A stretch of 64,000 nucleotides of DNA, taken from positions 61,628,001 through 61,692,000 of the forward strand of contig NC_135807.1 in NCBI RefSeq assembly GCF_964213995.1. The letters are read 5' to 3'. Source of the stretch: Mustelus asterias. Its lineage: Eukaryota. The notes under the pieces are model-generated. The model made no database searches. It saw only the letters and a program-made list of their open reading frames with translations, and was not told the origin of the DNA. Of the stretch, positions 24,042 through 38,304 are shown one piece after another; position 1 is the stretch's first letter; the number at the start of each line of letters is the position of its first letter. The translations under genes and the position numbers were made by a program.

Positions 24042-24203
24042 GAAAGGGAAAATTAGGAGATGATATGAGTGCAGTTTTCAAAATTCTAAAGCAACAAGAT
24101 AGTGTAGACTATGTTAATGTACTTCACCTTGTCCAGAACAGTCGAACCAGAGGACACAGCCTGAGCTTGAAGGGGGGCCAATTCAAAACCACTCTACAAA
24201 ACA
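24042..24203 (+). mobile_element. Short CR1 fragment; duplicate at 36955-37116
   Basis: Translation SRTRGHSLSLKGGQFKT. Confidence 0.6.
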
Positions 24204-25590
24204 ATGGGCTGGATTTTGCAGTGATAATAACAGTGAAACCCTCAGTGTTTGTTGTCATTACTCCACCCAAAACTGGCAGCAACTTCAGAAGTCGGTATAT
24301 GCGCAGAATATCATAGAAATCCAATATTTGCTGTCAGTGACTCTACTCTGCTTCAGTGGGGGCGCTACTGAGGTTCTCCCAGGCTACATCCTGAAGTAAT
24401 CTGTGAATAGATAAAACCATCCATTTTTATGCTATTAATCTCATGGTTAAAAACCTCGGCAAAGCTACATCTTATTGAATGATGTGTAACTAACTTTATA
24501 ATTACACAGCCAAGCATCCTCACTGGTCCTGAAAAGCAAATCTAAAATTTGTGGAATGTCAAATTTCTCCATTGTGATAAAATTCAACATATTTTAAAAA
24601 TAATGTTTTTTAAAAAGAAAATGCGATAAACGATCCGGCAGTATCTGTAGACAGAGAAACAGAGTTAACAGCTGGAAATTTAAGGGACCATTTGGAACAG
24701 GTTTGGAGTTGGTGATGCACGTGGTGGCTTAAAATCAGAACAGAAAACATGAGGCCCAAAGTGCAACATTTTCACATTGTTTCCACACTTCACAGTGACA
24801 TGGAGGCAGCCTTTGCACATCAACAAAGGGGGAAGTAATTAAGCTACTGAATAGGCCCATTGACTGCAATTATATGGTGCTTTTTAAATTTTACTAATGG
24901 AGCATGTTAAATGTAGGGCTTCAGAAAGGAGGTGGAGATTAAGGGGGAGCTCAGTTCTGTCTCTCTCTCACTGAATTGTACAGGAGGGTGGAGCAACATG
25001 GGCACTGGCAACTGAAGGCAGGCGTGGGCATAAGGTGTCAGTTCTGTGAGGGCCAGTTGCCAAGTTATCATTGAGGCAATGGAATTTGCTCCAAAAAAGA
25101 GTGAGGGAAAGTTGAGGATGTCTGCAAATAATGTCTTGCACCAAGAGAGAGGCCACCTAGCTCATCCATGCACCTCATCCACCCAGGCTTCAGGGCCCCA
25201 TTGAGGAGGAGCTGCAGAGAAAGGCAGAGCTTCAGGCACTAGCAGCAGCAATCCCAGTGTCAGAAGGTTTCTGGACACTAAGGGAATCATTGGGTGGGAA
25301 TGTGAAGTTGATGTAGATGTGATTCGTGGAAAAAGGCTCAATAGGCCATATGACCAACATCTGCTTCCATCTCTGGTGTCCTTGGCCTGAATTTTACGCT
25401 CCCCCACTGACAGATTTGGAGATGGGAAGTAAGTGCAAAATTCCTCAGATGGGCTACCCACTGGGTTACCACCTTCCCACATCCCTCAGCAATTTTATGC
25501 TTTGGGCAAGGTCCTGTCCTTACCCCAATTAAGGCCCTTAATTGGCCAATTATTGACCACTTAAAGGCTGTTTGCCGCTCAGCCTCAATT

Positions 25591-26787
25591 GGAGGGGTGG
25601 AGGGAGGGGGGGGGTGGAGGGGGGGAGGGGGGGGTGGAGGGGGGAGGGGGGTGGAGGGGGGGGGGTGGAGGGGGGGGAGGTGGAGGGGGGGGGGTGGTGG
25701 AGGGGGGGTGGAGGGGGGGGGGTGGAGGGGGGGGGGTGGAGGGGGGGGGGGGTGGAGGGGGGGGGGGTGGAGGGGGGGGGTGGAGGGGGGGGTGGGAGGG
25801 GGGGGGGTGGAGGGGGGGGGGGTGGAGGGGGGGGGGTGGAGGGGGGGGGTGGTGGAGGGGGGGGGGTGAGGGGGGGGGGGTGGGGGGGGGTGGGAGGGGG
25901 GGGGGGGTGGAGGGGGGGGGGTGGAGGGGGGGGGGTGGAGGGGGGGGGGTGGAGGGGGGGGGGGTGGAGGGGGGGGGGGGTGGAGGGGGGGGGGGGGGTG
26001 GAGGGGGGGGGGGTGGAGGGGGGGGGGGTGGAGGGGGGGGGGGTGGAGGGGGGGGGGGGGTGGAGGGGGGGGGGGTGGAGGGGGGGGGGTGGAGGGGGGG
26101 GGGTGGAGGGGGGGGGGTGGAGGGGGGGGGGTGGAGGGGGGGGGGGTGGAGGGGGGGGGGGTGGAGGGGGGGGGGGGTGGAGGGGGGGGGGGGTGGAGGG
26201 GGGGGGGTGGAGGGGGGGGGGGGTGGAGGGGGGGGGGGGTGGAGGGGGGGGGGGGTGGAGGGGGGGGGGGTGGAGGGGGGGGGGTGGAGGGGGGGGGGTG
26301 GGGGGGGGGGGGTGGAGGGGGGGGGGTGGAGGGGGGGGGGGGGTGGTGGAGGGGGGGGGGGGGTGGGGGGGGGGGGGGGTGGAGGGGGGGTGGAGGGGGG
26401 GGGGGGAGGGGGGGGGTGGAGGGGGGGGGGGAGGGGGGGGTTGAGGGGGGGGGGGGGGGGGGGTGGAGGGGGGGGGGTGGGGGGGGTGGAGGGGGGGGGG
26501 AGGGGGGGGTGTGGGGGGGGGGGTGGAGGGGGGGGGTGGAGGGGGGGGGTGGAGGGGGGGGGGGTGGAGGGTGGGGGGTGGAGGGGGGGGAGGGGGGAGG
26601 GGGGGTGGAGGAGGGGGGGTGGAGGGGGGTGGAGGGGGGGGGGGTGGAGGGGGGTGGGGGGGGGGGTGGAGGGGGGGGGGAGGGGGGGGTGGAGGTGGAG
26701 GTGGAGGAGGGGGGGAGGAGGGGGGGGAGGAGGGGGGGAGGGGGGGGGGGGGGAGGAGGGGGGGGAGGGGGGGGAGGGGGGGGGGGG
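25591..26787 (+). repeat. ~1.2 kb G-rich simple repeat (GGA-Gn-T units), potential G-quadruplex tract
   Basis: Repeated TGGA+Gn units, nearly pure G on the + strand. Confidence 0.95.
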
Positions 26788-27083
26788 CACCTCTATCCGC
26801 AGTGCCCTTTTATCTTGGGTGCCACCGCCCACTCAAAGTCTGGTAACACAGGACCTCCTTCCACCCCACCCTCTGCCTGGCCTCTCCTCCGACACCCCAA
26901 TCTTCCACTGTCCACCTCACAGGCCTCCCTACCACCTCTGCCCTCAGCTTTCCAAAAATGACCACTTTCTGGAATCCACAGCCCTGGGGACTGTGTGCAG
27001 TTCTAGTCCTGTCTCCCTCTGCGGGGCAGGAGAGCTGCCGGCCAATCACATTGGTTGACCGTTCTCTAAGGCAGGACTTCCTC

Positions 27084-27283
27084 NNNNNNNNNNNNNNNNN
27101 NNNNNNNNNNNNNNNNNNNNNNNNNNNNNNNNNNNNNNNNNNNNNNNNNNNNNNNNNNNNNNNNNNNNNNNNNNNNNNNNNNNNNNNNNNNNNNNNNNNN
27201 NNNNNNNNNNNNNNNNNNNNNNNNNNNNNNNNNNNNNNNNNNNNNNNNNNNNNNNNNNNNNNNNNNNNNNNNNNNNNNNNNNN
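27084..27283. other. Assembly gap (200 N)
   Basis: Run of exactly 200 N. Confidence 1.
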
Positions 27284-30200
27284 CCAGCTTCTACTGACCT
27301 GTTGGCCATGTTGTGAATGCACCTTCCTTGGCCATGAAGTCCTGGGGTGGGACTCAAACCCAGAGCTTCTGGCTCAGAGGCAGGGACACTATCCATTGCG
27401 CCACAAGGCTTCTTAATAAATTATCATTTTCCCATTATATTGGTATTCTTGCAAAGTGCCATGAGTGCAAGATGAAAAGCTTTGACATGTCTCTTTTTTC
27501 AACAATATTATCTTCATGTGTGACTGATGAAGTTGTTGAAAAATATCAGCTCACAAAGATTCTGATGTGATGACATTTATATTTTCCAGTAGATTGATGG
27601 TGTGAACCATGTATTTACCGCTCAATGTCTTGTTATGCACATCATCATCATCATCTTCTGGTTCATGAGTCACTTTATGTATATGTTTCTGATGGGATAG
27701 CGACAGTCTTTCTCATTGCTTGAAGGTACCTATTGTTTATAGTCTGTTTAGATCAGTGCATGGCTCTTTAGAATAGAATAGAATAGAATAGAAACCCTAC
27801 AGTGCAGAAGGAGGCCATTCGGCCCATCGAGTCTGCACCGACCACAATCCCACCCAGGCCCTACCCCCACATATTTACCCACTAATCCCTCTAACCTACG
27901 CATTTTTTAGGATTCTAAGGGGCAATTTTTAACCTGGCCAATCAACCTAACCCGCACATCTTTGGACTGTGAGAGGAAACCGGAGCACCCGGAGGAAACC
28001 CACGCAGACACGAGGAGAAAGTGCAAACTCCACACAGACAGTGACCCGAGCCGGGAATCGAACCCGGGACCCTGGAGCGGTGAAGCAGCAGTGCTAACCA
28101 CTGTGCTACCGTGCCGCCCTTTGTAGCTGCATTGGCCTTTACTCTAGTGCACTGCTGCTGTCAATGGCCCTTTCTGCCACATGCCTTGCAGAATTGATGG
28201 AAAGCTGGGCATTGCAGAAGATCACACCTCCTATGTGGCTTGCTAGGCTTAGGTGTTCTAGTGAATGTGCTGACAATTGGTTTGTGCTTAGGGTCTGTAA
28301 GCTTTGGTAATCTGCGAGGATCGCTTCACACTTCCATGAGTCGCTCCTCGATGCAGTACGTTTTAGGCCTGTCTAGCAGATCTTTCTAGAAAGCTTCCAT
28401 GGAAGTGGATGTGATTACCAGCTCAACAATTCTGCCTGCTTTTTCAGCATTTGAAAAATCACAGTACATACCCTTTTCTCTGCACTTGTTGACGAAGTGG
28501 TCTGTGGATTCTGTAGGCTGCTGTTAAAATGACTTGAACTCTTGTTAATGAATGAGGAAATTTATGTTGATTTTGAAATGGACTTCCAAAGTAGTCCATA
28601 TCTTTTGGGGAACCTTAGCTCTCCTTCCGTTATAGGTCTTAGAGTCACAGACCTTTACAGCATGGAAACAGGCCCTTCAGCTCAACTCGTCCATGCCGCC
28701 CAGTTTTTACCACTAAGCTAGTCCCAATTGCCTGTATTTGGCCCATATCTCTCTATACTCATCTTACCTGTTAACATGTTCAACCTGTGTATATTTCCAT
28801 TCCCAACTGCTAAGCAAATTTTTAGGCCTTCCATGTCTTGTTCGGATACACCTGAATCAGGAAGCCATAGCTTTGTACGCTGCTTAAACATTTTGAATTT
28901 GCTTTGTAGATCAGCTGCATTCTAAATCATTCTGACAATATCCCTTTGACCTTCCTTTTTCTGGACCAGCCTCGGATGTGTGTTGCTGTAGTTGCTTTTG
29001 CATGCTTGTCTGTAGCTCCGACCACGAAGGCAAGTTGTGGATGGAATACACCGCAGAGTAATAGAGTCTCTGCTTTTTATTCAATTCTCTGTTCAGTAAC
29101 TCCCAAAGCCGCCTCTTATAATTGTGATCTTCTCTGGCCTGATTTTTATGACTGTTACTTTGTCTTTTGTTTTGTTTGACTTTCCCTTGCTCAATGTCAA
29201 TCTGGCCCACATCCTGGTCACTCACCTTTCTCCACTGAGCTAACCTTGTGCTGGTCCTCGCGATGTGTTGTTCTATTCGAGGATCTGACAGGCTATGAGC
29301 TGCAATCTCACCACAAGAGATTCATCTGCTTGCCAGCTCTTTATTTGAGCATTAGCTTGCTGATGTGTTTCCAAAGCTTGTCTTGACAGTGTTCACACTG
29401 CATTTTCAGTACACTCCAATGCTGCATCTTCAGATCAAGTCTGAGCAAAATAACAAAGGTCATCTCGTGTCATGTTGCACAATCTAAGGCTGTTCGCCGT
29501 GTTGTTTTTTTAATGCGTTCACAGGATGTGGACATCACTGGCTAGGCCATCCTGAGTTGCCCTTGAGAAAATGGTAGTGAGCTGCCTTCTTGAACTACTG
29601 CAGTCCCTGAGGTCTAGGTACACACATAGCGCTGTTACGGAGGGAATGCCAGGATTTCCACCCAGCGACAATAAAGGGATGGTGATATATTTACAAGTCA
29701 GGATGGTGAGTGACTTGGAGGGGACCTCCAGGTACTGGTGTTCCCAGATTTCACCTGCTCTTGTCCTTCTAGTTGGTAATGGTCGTGGGTTTGGAAGATG
29801 GTGTCTAATGAACTTTGGTAAGTTGCTGCAGTACATCTTGTGGATGGTACACATAGTTGCCATTGTTCGCCAGTGGTGGAGGGAGTGAACGTTTGTGTAA
29901 GGGGTACCAATCAAGCAGGCTGCTTTGTCCTGGATGGTGTCAAGCTTCTTGAGCATTGTTGAAGCTGCATTCATCCAGACAAGGGGAGAGTATTATATTA
30001 CACAGCTGACTTGTGCCTTGTAGATGGTGTACAGACTTTCGGGAGTAAGGATGGGAGTTACTCACCACAAATTCCTAGCCTTTTGCCTGCTCTTGTACTC
30101 AAAGTATTTATGTGGCTAGTCCAGTTCAATTTCTGGTCAATGGTAACCCCCAGGATGTTGATAGTGTTGGATTCAGTGATGGTAATGCCATTGAATGTCA

Positions 30201-31945
30201 AGGGATGATGGTTAGATTTTCTCTTGTTGGAGATGGTGATTGCCTGGTACTTGTGTGGCACAAATATTTTTTGCCACATGTCAGCCCAAGTCTGAATATT
30301 GTCCAGGTCTTGCTGTATTTGGACATGGACTGCTTCAGTATCTGAGGAGTCACAAATGGTGCTGAACATTGTACAGTCATCAGTGAGCATCCTCACTTCT
30401 GACCTTATGATGGAAGAAAGATCATTTATGAAGCAGCTGAAGATTGTTGGGCCTAGGACATTACCCTGAGGAACTCCTGCAGTGATGTCCTGGAGCTAAG
30501 ATGACTGACTTCCAACTATCACAACCATCTTACTTTGTGCCAGGTAGGACTCCAACCAGCAGAGAGTTTCCCCCGATTCACATTGACTCCAGTTTTGCTA
30601 GGGCTCCTTGATGCCACACTTGGTTGACAGCTACCTTGATGTCAAGGGCAGTTACTCTCACCTCACCACTGGAGTTCACCTCTTTTGTACATGTTTGAAC
30701 CAAGGCTGTAATGAAGTCAGGAGCTGAACAACCCTTGCAGAATCCAAACTTAGCATCACTGAGGAGGTGATATTGTACCTGTACTTCATCTTGCTGCCAC
30801 ATGTTTTACCACAGCTGATCACCATGTTGTGTTATTATAATAACATAATACCTTGGACTAATTCACTCTACAAGTCAAAAGACAAACAATCACTCATAAG
30901 GGATTGGGTAAACACGCTTGGCTTCATTTTTTTAAAGACTAAGTGCATGCGAACAGTTATACATATGTATAAAGCTTGAAGACATCAGAGGTGTGTGTGC
31001 TCTGCTCAAAGCAAAAGTGAAACTAAGACTGGATCACACAACACATTTCCATTCTAGTGATGCCATGCCTTAAAAGCATATTCCACCCATCCCCACTGTC
31101 CAGGGAAAGAAGATCTAGGTCCTTGTCTTTAGGCTAAGCAAGACCAATCAGATTCTAATTCAATGTGCAGGGTATGCGGGTGGCTGGTAACACTCAGTGT
31201 AACTGAACTGAGCACCATAACTGATTCTCCCATTCACCATCCCTGACTACCCAACTATCCCCCCGATCTGACTCTACTAGCCCTCCCCAACCCACCCCAA
31301 TTTTCCAATGACACCCCCAACCACCTGAATACAAACCACCTCACCGACCCATCCACTTTACGGAGTCACTCACTCTCTCACTTACCTGTTCACTTACTCA
31401 GTCACTTAGACTTGGACCTTTCAAAACTTACCTGTGCATGGCAACTACTGTGGTGAAAAGGAGGTGTGTCCTCCCTTCTACTGTCTCTTGTTATACCTGA
31501 CAATCTTCTCCAGCATGCTGACACATCAATGCTTCAACCAGTATTGGAAAGCCACGCTGGAAAATTGTAAGAAATAAATATTTGCTGACAGCATCAATGC
31601 ATTCAGCATCAAAACTGACTGGAAGCTCTGGGCCATTGTCATGTTTTGCAATTGCCGCTCATGTACTGCATAGTGCACATGGATAATTTGAAACCCAATC
31701 TAGTCGATAGTTACTTACAAATGTCACAAAGTTGCTTTTATCTAAATGAGTTGAAAGAATACAAATGCTCCTACTATGTGCTGGAGCCAAGCTGAAGTTA
31801 AGCTATTCTGATGGTTTCAGATTTCTGGTTCCTCTGAATAGACAATAGCCACATGTGGGGGGGGGGGGGGGGGGGGGGGGTAGAGAAAACTCCCATGACT
31901 ACAAGATTGCGTAATTATACCTGACTTCCTTCTTCATTTTCACAG

Positions 31946-32125
31946 GCTGAATTTAGAATTGTTTACAGCGAAAGATGTCATGGAGCGTCAAGTAAAGGTC
32001 CTTCACCTGAGGGAAAAGGTCTCTTCCCTGGCTGCACTTCTTCTGGAGACTAACCATGGTGGATTCCCTGTTATTTATCAACTAGAACAAGCCCATGAGG
32101 AAGTATTTATAGGAAGCATCACCAG
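31946..32125 (+). CDS. CLC chloride channel/transporter exon, CBS1 domain, copy 2
   Basis: No differences seen from 19031-19210, splice sites included. Confidence 0.88.
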
Positions 32126-35100
32126 GTGAACAATTTATGTGCTAGAACCCCACTGGTGTTGTCACTTAATGTTATGAATGAATGTTGATGTATTGTATCG
32201 GCCTGATGGTTTGCACCTTTGAACAATAAAGAACCACTGAGCAGCTGGTAGTAGTAACCATCATGTCAGGAGTGTTGAAACAAACAGTTTTATAATGATG
32301 CATGAGCAAATCTAAATCCGAACCACATTGGTTGGGAAAGAATGATTTCAATTTAACTCCTAGTTGTCCAAAGGAACTTTTGATTTAAAAAATGCATGTG
32401 ATATTAAATGAAATGAAAAGAATTCACAGGAAACAGTCACATCTAATGGTTTTTATAGCAGTTGGCATTAATTGTTAACAAAATATTTCGCAGAACTTTG
32501 CCTATAGAATCTCTACAGTGCAGAAGGAGGCCCATTGAGCCTTTGCCGACAACAATCCCACCCAGGCCCCATTCCCGTAACCCCATGTATTTACTCTGCT
32601 GGTCCTCCTGACACTAAGGGGCAATTTAGCATGGCCAATCAACCTAGCGTGCACATCTTTGGACTGTGGGAGGAAACTGGAGTACCCGGAGGAAACCCAC
32701 ACAGACATGGGGAGAACGTGTAAACTCTACACAGATACTGACCCAAGCCAGGAATCGAACTTGGGTCCCTGGCGCTGTGAGGCAGCAGTGCTAACCACAG
32801 TGCCATTGTGCCGCCCAAAGCTTTAGCCTCTGAATCAAAGTGAGAAACCACATTCTCACTGATATATATATATATGTAAGGTGCTGGCCAGTTTGCTCTC
32901 AGTATTTTGCATAAAATTCCTCAAGTGGGTGTGAAGATAAACGGAAATTGCATTCTGCTTATTCTGAAATAAGAAAGCGCCTTTCTGTTGCTCAGTATTT
33001 GGTGTGTTGTTTGTTTGAAAACTCTAGAAATATATCAGAGGTCTTTGCCAGCTGGACAAGAATGGTGTAAGACAATCCAACAAAAAAAGTAAAGCAGTAA
33101 AAACAAATAATTAAGATGTATTATGGGACACTGGTCACAAAACTCCCAGCTGTGTTTGAAAACAAAATCTATTTTAATTTATGTAGTTACACTGTGCAGT
33201 TGATACAAGAACAGATAAGCTAGCAGTGGATACTCTACCACAGCCATGTGGTCTAACTGACAATCTGACAACAGTTTCTGTATTTTTGAAGTGCTTTCTT
33301 AGTGTTACTCCTCATTCCTTTCTGTTATTTACTAACTTTAGCTGAGAGAGTAGGTGAGTAACCTTCTTGCAAACATCTGTGAATGTCATCAAGAGATACA
33401 TAAGTTTGAGAACGATTCTCCCCTCGGAAAAATTGAGATGCTCATATTTATGCAACACTTGTTATGCCACCTAAATGTCTCAGATTACTTCCACAATAAA
33501 TTCCTTTTTGTTTAGAAGTATTGTTTAGAAGTATAAGATTGTTGTTCATTGGGGGAAAACAGCAGTCATTCTGTCTGAACAATTCCCTAATAACTAACAT
33601 CAATAAGATGAATGCTGCTACTTAGTGAAGGTTAAACGCTAGCCAGGATACCAGAAGAACTCCCACTATTCAAGTAATGTCCGCGGGATCTTTTAATGTT
33701 TAGATAGAGAGGTCATCGGTCTCTTCCAAAGATTTTCCTCCTCTTCTAGAGTCAGATACAAGTGAAATACAGAATTAACGGGGGGTATATTATGGAGGTG
33801 GCGGGGTCTCAGCTACCAGCTGGATGCTTGGTGAGAAACCCATGTTTTCTTCTTCGGAGCCGGCCCATTGAAATATGAGCCAATCAGGCCATCAAGAACA
33901 AAGAACAAAGAACAAAGAACAATACAGCACAGGAACAGGCCCTTCGGCCCTCCAAGCCCGCGCCGCTCCCCGGTCCAGGATTGAATCCTGAATCCAGGAT
34001 CCCCGCCCAATTTTCTAGCCTATCTACATACTAATATCCTATCCCCGAGATGTCCCTCACAGCTATGATGCTTTGTTCATCACAACCTATTAACTCACCC
34101 CTACCCCCCCATTCCAGACCATGTGATCTCCAGGGAGAGGCGAAAACCCAGAGTGAAAACCCCAGGGCCAATATGGGGAAAAAAAATCTGGGAAATTCCT
34201 CTCCGACCCCCTGAGGCGATTGAAACGAGTCCAGGAGATCACACTGGCCCTGATCGGAAAATGCTTCCCAACCCTATTCATTTCCACTTCCACGAACACC
34301 ATATGAATTCCCTGCCCCCGAGACAGGTTCCCAACTATCCGCAGTCTCGCTCTGTACTGGCACCAGCAAGATGATCATAGAATGAAGCCTTGAAACGAGA
34401 AACAAAGAACAATTAGCCCGCGCCGCTCCCTGGTCCAAACTAGACCACTCTTTTGTATCCCTCCATTGCCACTCCGTTCATATAGCTGTCTAGATAAGTC
34501 TTAAACGTTCCCAGTGTGTCCGCCTCCACCACCTTGCCCGGCAACCCATTCCAGGCCCCCACGACCCTCTGTGTAAAATATGTCCTTCTGATATCTGTGT
34601 TAAACCTCCCCCCCTTCACCTTGAACCTATGACCCCTCGTGAACGTCACCACCGACCCGGGGAAAAGCTTCCCACCGTTCACCCTATCTATGCCTTTCAT
34701 AATTTTATGCACCTCTATTAAGTCTCCCCTCATCCTCCGTCTTTCCAAGGAGAACAACCCCAGTTTCCCCAATCTCTCCTCATAACCAAGCCCCTCCATA
34801 CCAGGCAACATCCTGGTAAACCTCCTCTGTACTCTCTCCAAAGCCTCCACGTCCTTCTGGTAGTGTGGCGACCAGAACTGGACGCAGTATTCCAAATGCG
34901 GCCGAACCAACGTTCTATACATCTGCAAATCAGACCCCAACTTTTATACTCTATGCCCCGTCCTATAAAGGCAAGCATGCCATATGCCTTCTTCACCACC
35001 TTCTCCACCTGTGACGTCACCTTCAAAGATCTGTGGACTTGCACACCCAGGTCCCTCTGCGTCTCTACACCCTTTATGGTTCTTCCATTTATCGTGTATC

Positions 35101-37152
35101 TCCTCCCTACATTATTCCCACCAAAATGCATCACTTCGCATTTATCAGGATTGAACTCCATCTGCCATTTCTTTGCCCAAATTTCCAGCCTATCTATATC
35201 CTTCTGTAGCCTCTGACAATGTTCCTCACTATCTGCAAGTCCTGCCAGTTTTGTGTCGTCCGCAAACTTACTGATCACCCCAGTTACTCCTTCTTCCAGA
35301 TCATTTATATAAATCACAAAAAGCAGAGGTCCCAATACAGAGCCCTGCGGTACACCACTAGTCACAGGCCTCCAGCCGGAAAAAGACCCTTCCACTACCA
35401 CCCTCTGGTAGGCCTTACCCGGGATCAAGGACCGTGGGGGCAAGAAGTCCTGCCTGAGAGCTGCCAGCAAATCAGAGGCTGGCAGCTCTTTTGCTCAGCA
35501 GTGCCACTGAGGAGGTGGTGGCTGCTATTGGAACAATCTTTAGCCCGATGCTCAGGATTGCAAAGTGACCCCGGTTGGAGGTAAATGATAGAGGAGGGGG
35601 CTTCATGGAGTTGGAGATCCTGGGGCAGAGGGGTGAGGGGGATTAGCAGCAAAGGCAGGGGCAGGGGCTGGGTCTTAACAACCCCCTTTCCCAACGCCAT
35701 GTGCCTCATTCAGGCACTGAATTCCCTTACATGAGAACTCCCTGCCTGGAAAATGATAAGCAACATGCACAGGTTTGTTTGTCACGCTCCCTGCGTGGCG
35801 AGACCCCCCCAACAGCCACTGGGTTAATACCAGTGGCAGCAGGCTAATGCCCTTATGGGTTTTTTTTTGCTACATAAAAGCCTCAGTTGGCAGAGAAGCA
35901 GGGAGGCCATCCATTTAGCATGGCCAATCAACCTAGCGTGCACATCTTTGGACTGTGGGAGGAAACCGGAGTACCCGGAGGAAACCCACACAGACATGGG
36001 GAGAACGTGTAAACTCCAGACAGATACTGACCCAAGCCAGGAATCAAACTTGGGTCCCTGGCACTGTGAGGCAGCAGTGCTAACCACGGTGCCATTGAGC
36101 TGGAGTCGGGAATGTGGTGGGACCCCCACATACCACCATCCTAACTAATTAAATGCCACCAACACCTCCAAACTTGTCACCAAAGGGTGAGGGGGGAAGG
36201 AGTGGGGAGGGGGGAACAGAGGTATAAAATACTAACCCTAAAGTCATCATGGGGAGTAATGTAGCTGTATCAAATGTTGGCATTTGTCTGTGTATTGACT
36301 CCACATCACTAACTGGGAAATCATGAAGGCATTGTGGAAGCGGGTTGACTAAATATATTCTTCGACAAATTTAGGTTGTGGATTCTTTGCTGAATAGCAT
36401 TAGCTATTTGTCATAAAATTAAAGCTGAATCGCCTTTGTAAAATTTATTTTTCATTTGCTTTTCATAAAAATGAATGAATATAAATCATTTTAGAATATT
36501 GTAGATTTGTTCTTTTCTCACTTGAGTCCAGTTAGAGTGACAACCATGGCTCAGTTGGTAGGACTTTCACCTCTGAGTAACAATGTTCTGAGCTCCAATG
36601 CATTACTGAGGGAGTACTGCACAGGCAGAGGTGCCATCTTTCAGATGAGACTTTGGACCCAGGTCGCATCTGCTCACTTGGATGGTTGTAAAAGATCCAT
36701 GACACTATTTTGAAGAAGAATAGGGAAGTTATCCCTGATGTCCTGGCCTAAATTTACCAGTCAATCAATATAATAAAAAGAATTAGCAAGTCATTATCCC
36801 ATTGCCATCTGTGGGGGTTTGCTGTGCATAGATTGCCATGTTTCCAACGCCATTAGAGTGACGACACTTCAAAAAGTACCTAATTAGCTATAAAGTTCTT
36901 TGAGACATGCATTAGAAAGGTGCTAGATAAATGCATGTCTTTCTTTTCTTTTAGGAAAGGGAAAATTAGGAGATGATATGAGTGCAGTTTTCAAAATTCT
37001 AAAGCAACAAGATAGTGTAGACTATGTTAATGTACTTCACCTTGTCCAGAACAGTCGAACCAGAGGACACAGCCTGAGCTTGAAGGGGGGCCAATTCAAA
37101 ACCACTCTACAAAACAATGGGCATGGATTTTGCAGTGATAATAACAGTGAAA

Positions 37153-37562
37153 GGGGGGGTGGAGGGGGGGGGGTGGAGGGGGGGGGGGTGGAGGGGGGGG
37201 GGTGGAGGGGGGGGGGTGGGGGGGTGTGGAGGGGGGGGGTGTGGAGGGGGGGGTGTGGAGGGGGGGGGTGTGGAGGGGGGTGGGGTGGAGGGGGGGGGTG
37301 GGGGGGGGTGGTGGAGGGGGGGGGGTGGAGGGGGGGGTGGAGGGGGGGGGTGGAGGGGGGGGGGTGGGGGGGGGGGGTGGGGGGGGGGGGGTGGAGGGGG
37401 GGGTGGAGGTGGGGGGGGTGGAGGGGGGGGGGTGGAGGGGGGGGGTGGAGGGGGGGGGGTGGAGGGGGGGGTGGAGGGGGGGGGTGGAGGGGGGGGGTGG
37501 AGGGGGGGGGTGGAGGGGGGGGGTGGAGGGGGGTGGAGGTGGAGGTGGAGGAGGGGGGGGGG
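37153..37562 (+). repeat. G-rich simple repeat, shorter version (~410 bp)
   Basis: Same unit and same right flank as 25591-26787. Confidence 0.95.
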
Positions 37563-38205
37563 CACCTCTATCCGCAGTGCCCTTTTATCTTTGGGTGCCA
37601 CCGCCCACTCAAAGTCTGGTAACACAGGACCTCCTTCCACCCCACCCTCTGCCTGGCCTCTCCTCCGACACCCCAATCTTCCACTGTCCACCTCACAGGC
37701 CTCCCTACCACCTCTGCCCTCAGCTTTCCAAAAATGACCACTTTCTGGAATCCACAGCCCTGGGGACTGTGTGCAGTTCTAGTCCTGTCTCCCTCTGCAG
37801 GGCAGGAGAGCTGCCGGCCAATCACATTGGTTGACCGTTCTCTAAGGCAGGACTTCCTCCCGAGTGAAGGGCGGTAGCCCTGCCTGCAGCCAATTACTCC
37901 TTAAATCATGGTGGGGCAGACAGTGTTGGTGGGAATGTGTTCTCCGGATGGTGGGAAGGGAAAACCTGGCCTTTATGTTCTTAACAGCTGGTCCCATGTA
38001 TATCCAGTTTGCTGTTATGAGGACTCAGGGTAAAGGTGTTCCCACTGTTGCAGCAGGGCATGGGGTGGTTTACTCTTTAGCAACTTTTACAGTACTGGAT
38101 ATAGGGGTGCTTGGTGCGAACACTGCATGCAAATAAAGGGAGAGTCGGGGAATCTTCCATTTTGCGTTAGTGATATTCTTTCAATTGGTGAGAAAAATAA
38201 ACAGA

Positions 38206-38304
38206 AATTCTGATGCAAGATCTACTCCAGAATCATTAACCCATCTTATCTCTTTACAGGTGTCAATAGACCTGCTATGTATTTCAAGCATTTTCTGTTT
38301 GTAT
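38206..38304 (+). mobile_element. Decayed Penelope-type terminal repeat
   Basis: TTCTGATGCAAG...CATTAAC...AGACCTGCT...AGCATTTTCTG aligns with the reverse complement of 3855-3950. Confidence 0.5.

Larger units (their letters stand above)
14379..27083 (+). repeat. Copy 1 of near-identical tandem duplication flanking the assembly gap
   Basis: 14379-24238 matches 27284-37152 (offset ~12905-12915) and 26786-27083 matches 37561-37859; only scattered SNPs and homopolymer indels. Confidence 0.95.
27284..37859 (+). repeat. Copy 2 of the duplication, lacking the equivalent of 24239-25590
   Basis: Begins exactly at the gap edge; at 37152 (CAGTGAAA) runs straight into the G tract. Confidence 0.95.

Noticed and set aside
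25572-27058. Long Gly-rich and Pro-rich ORFs (up to 489 aa), also at 36978-37834
   Set aside because: By-products of a stop-free G-rich simple repeat, open in several frames on both strands
26810-27416. ORFs spanning X residues
   Set aside because: They cross the N gap
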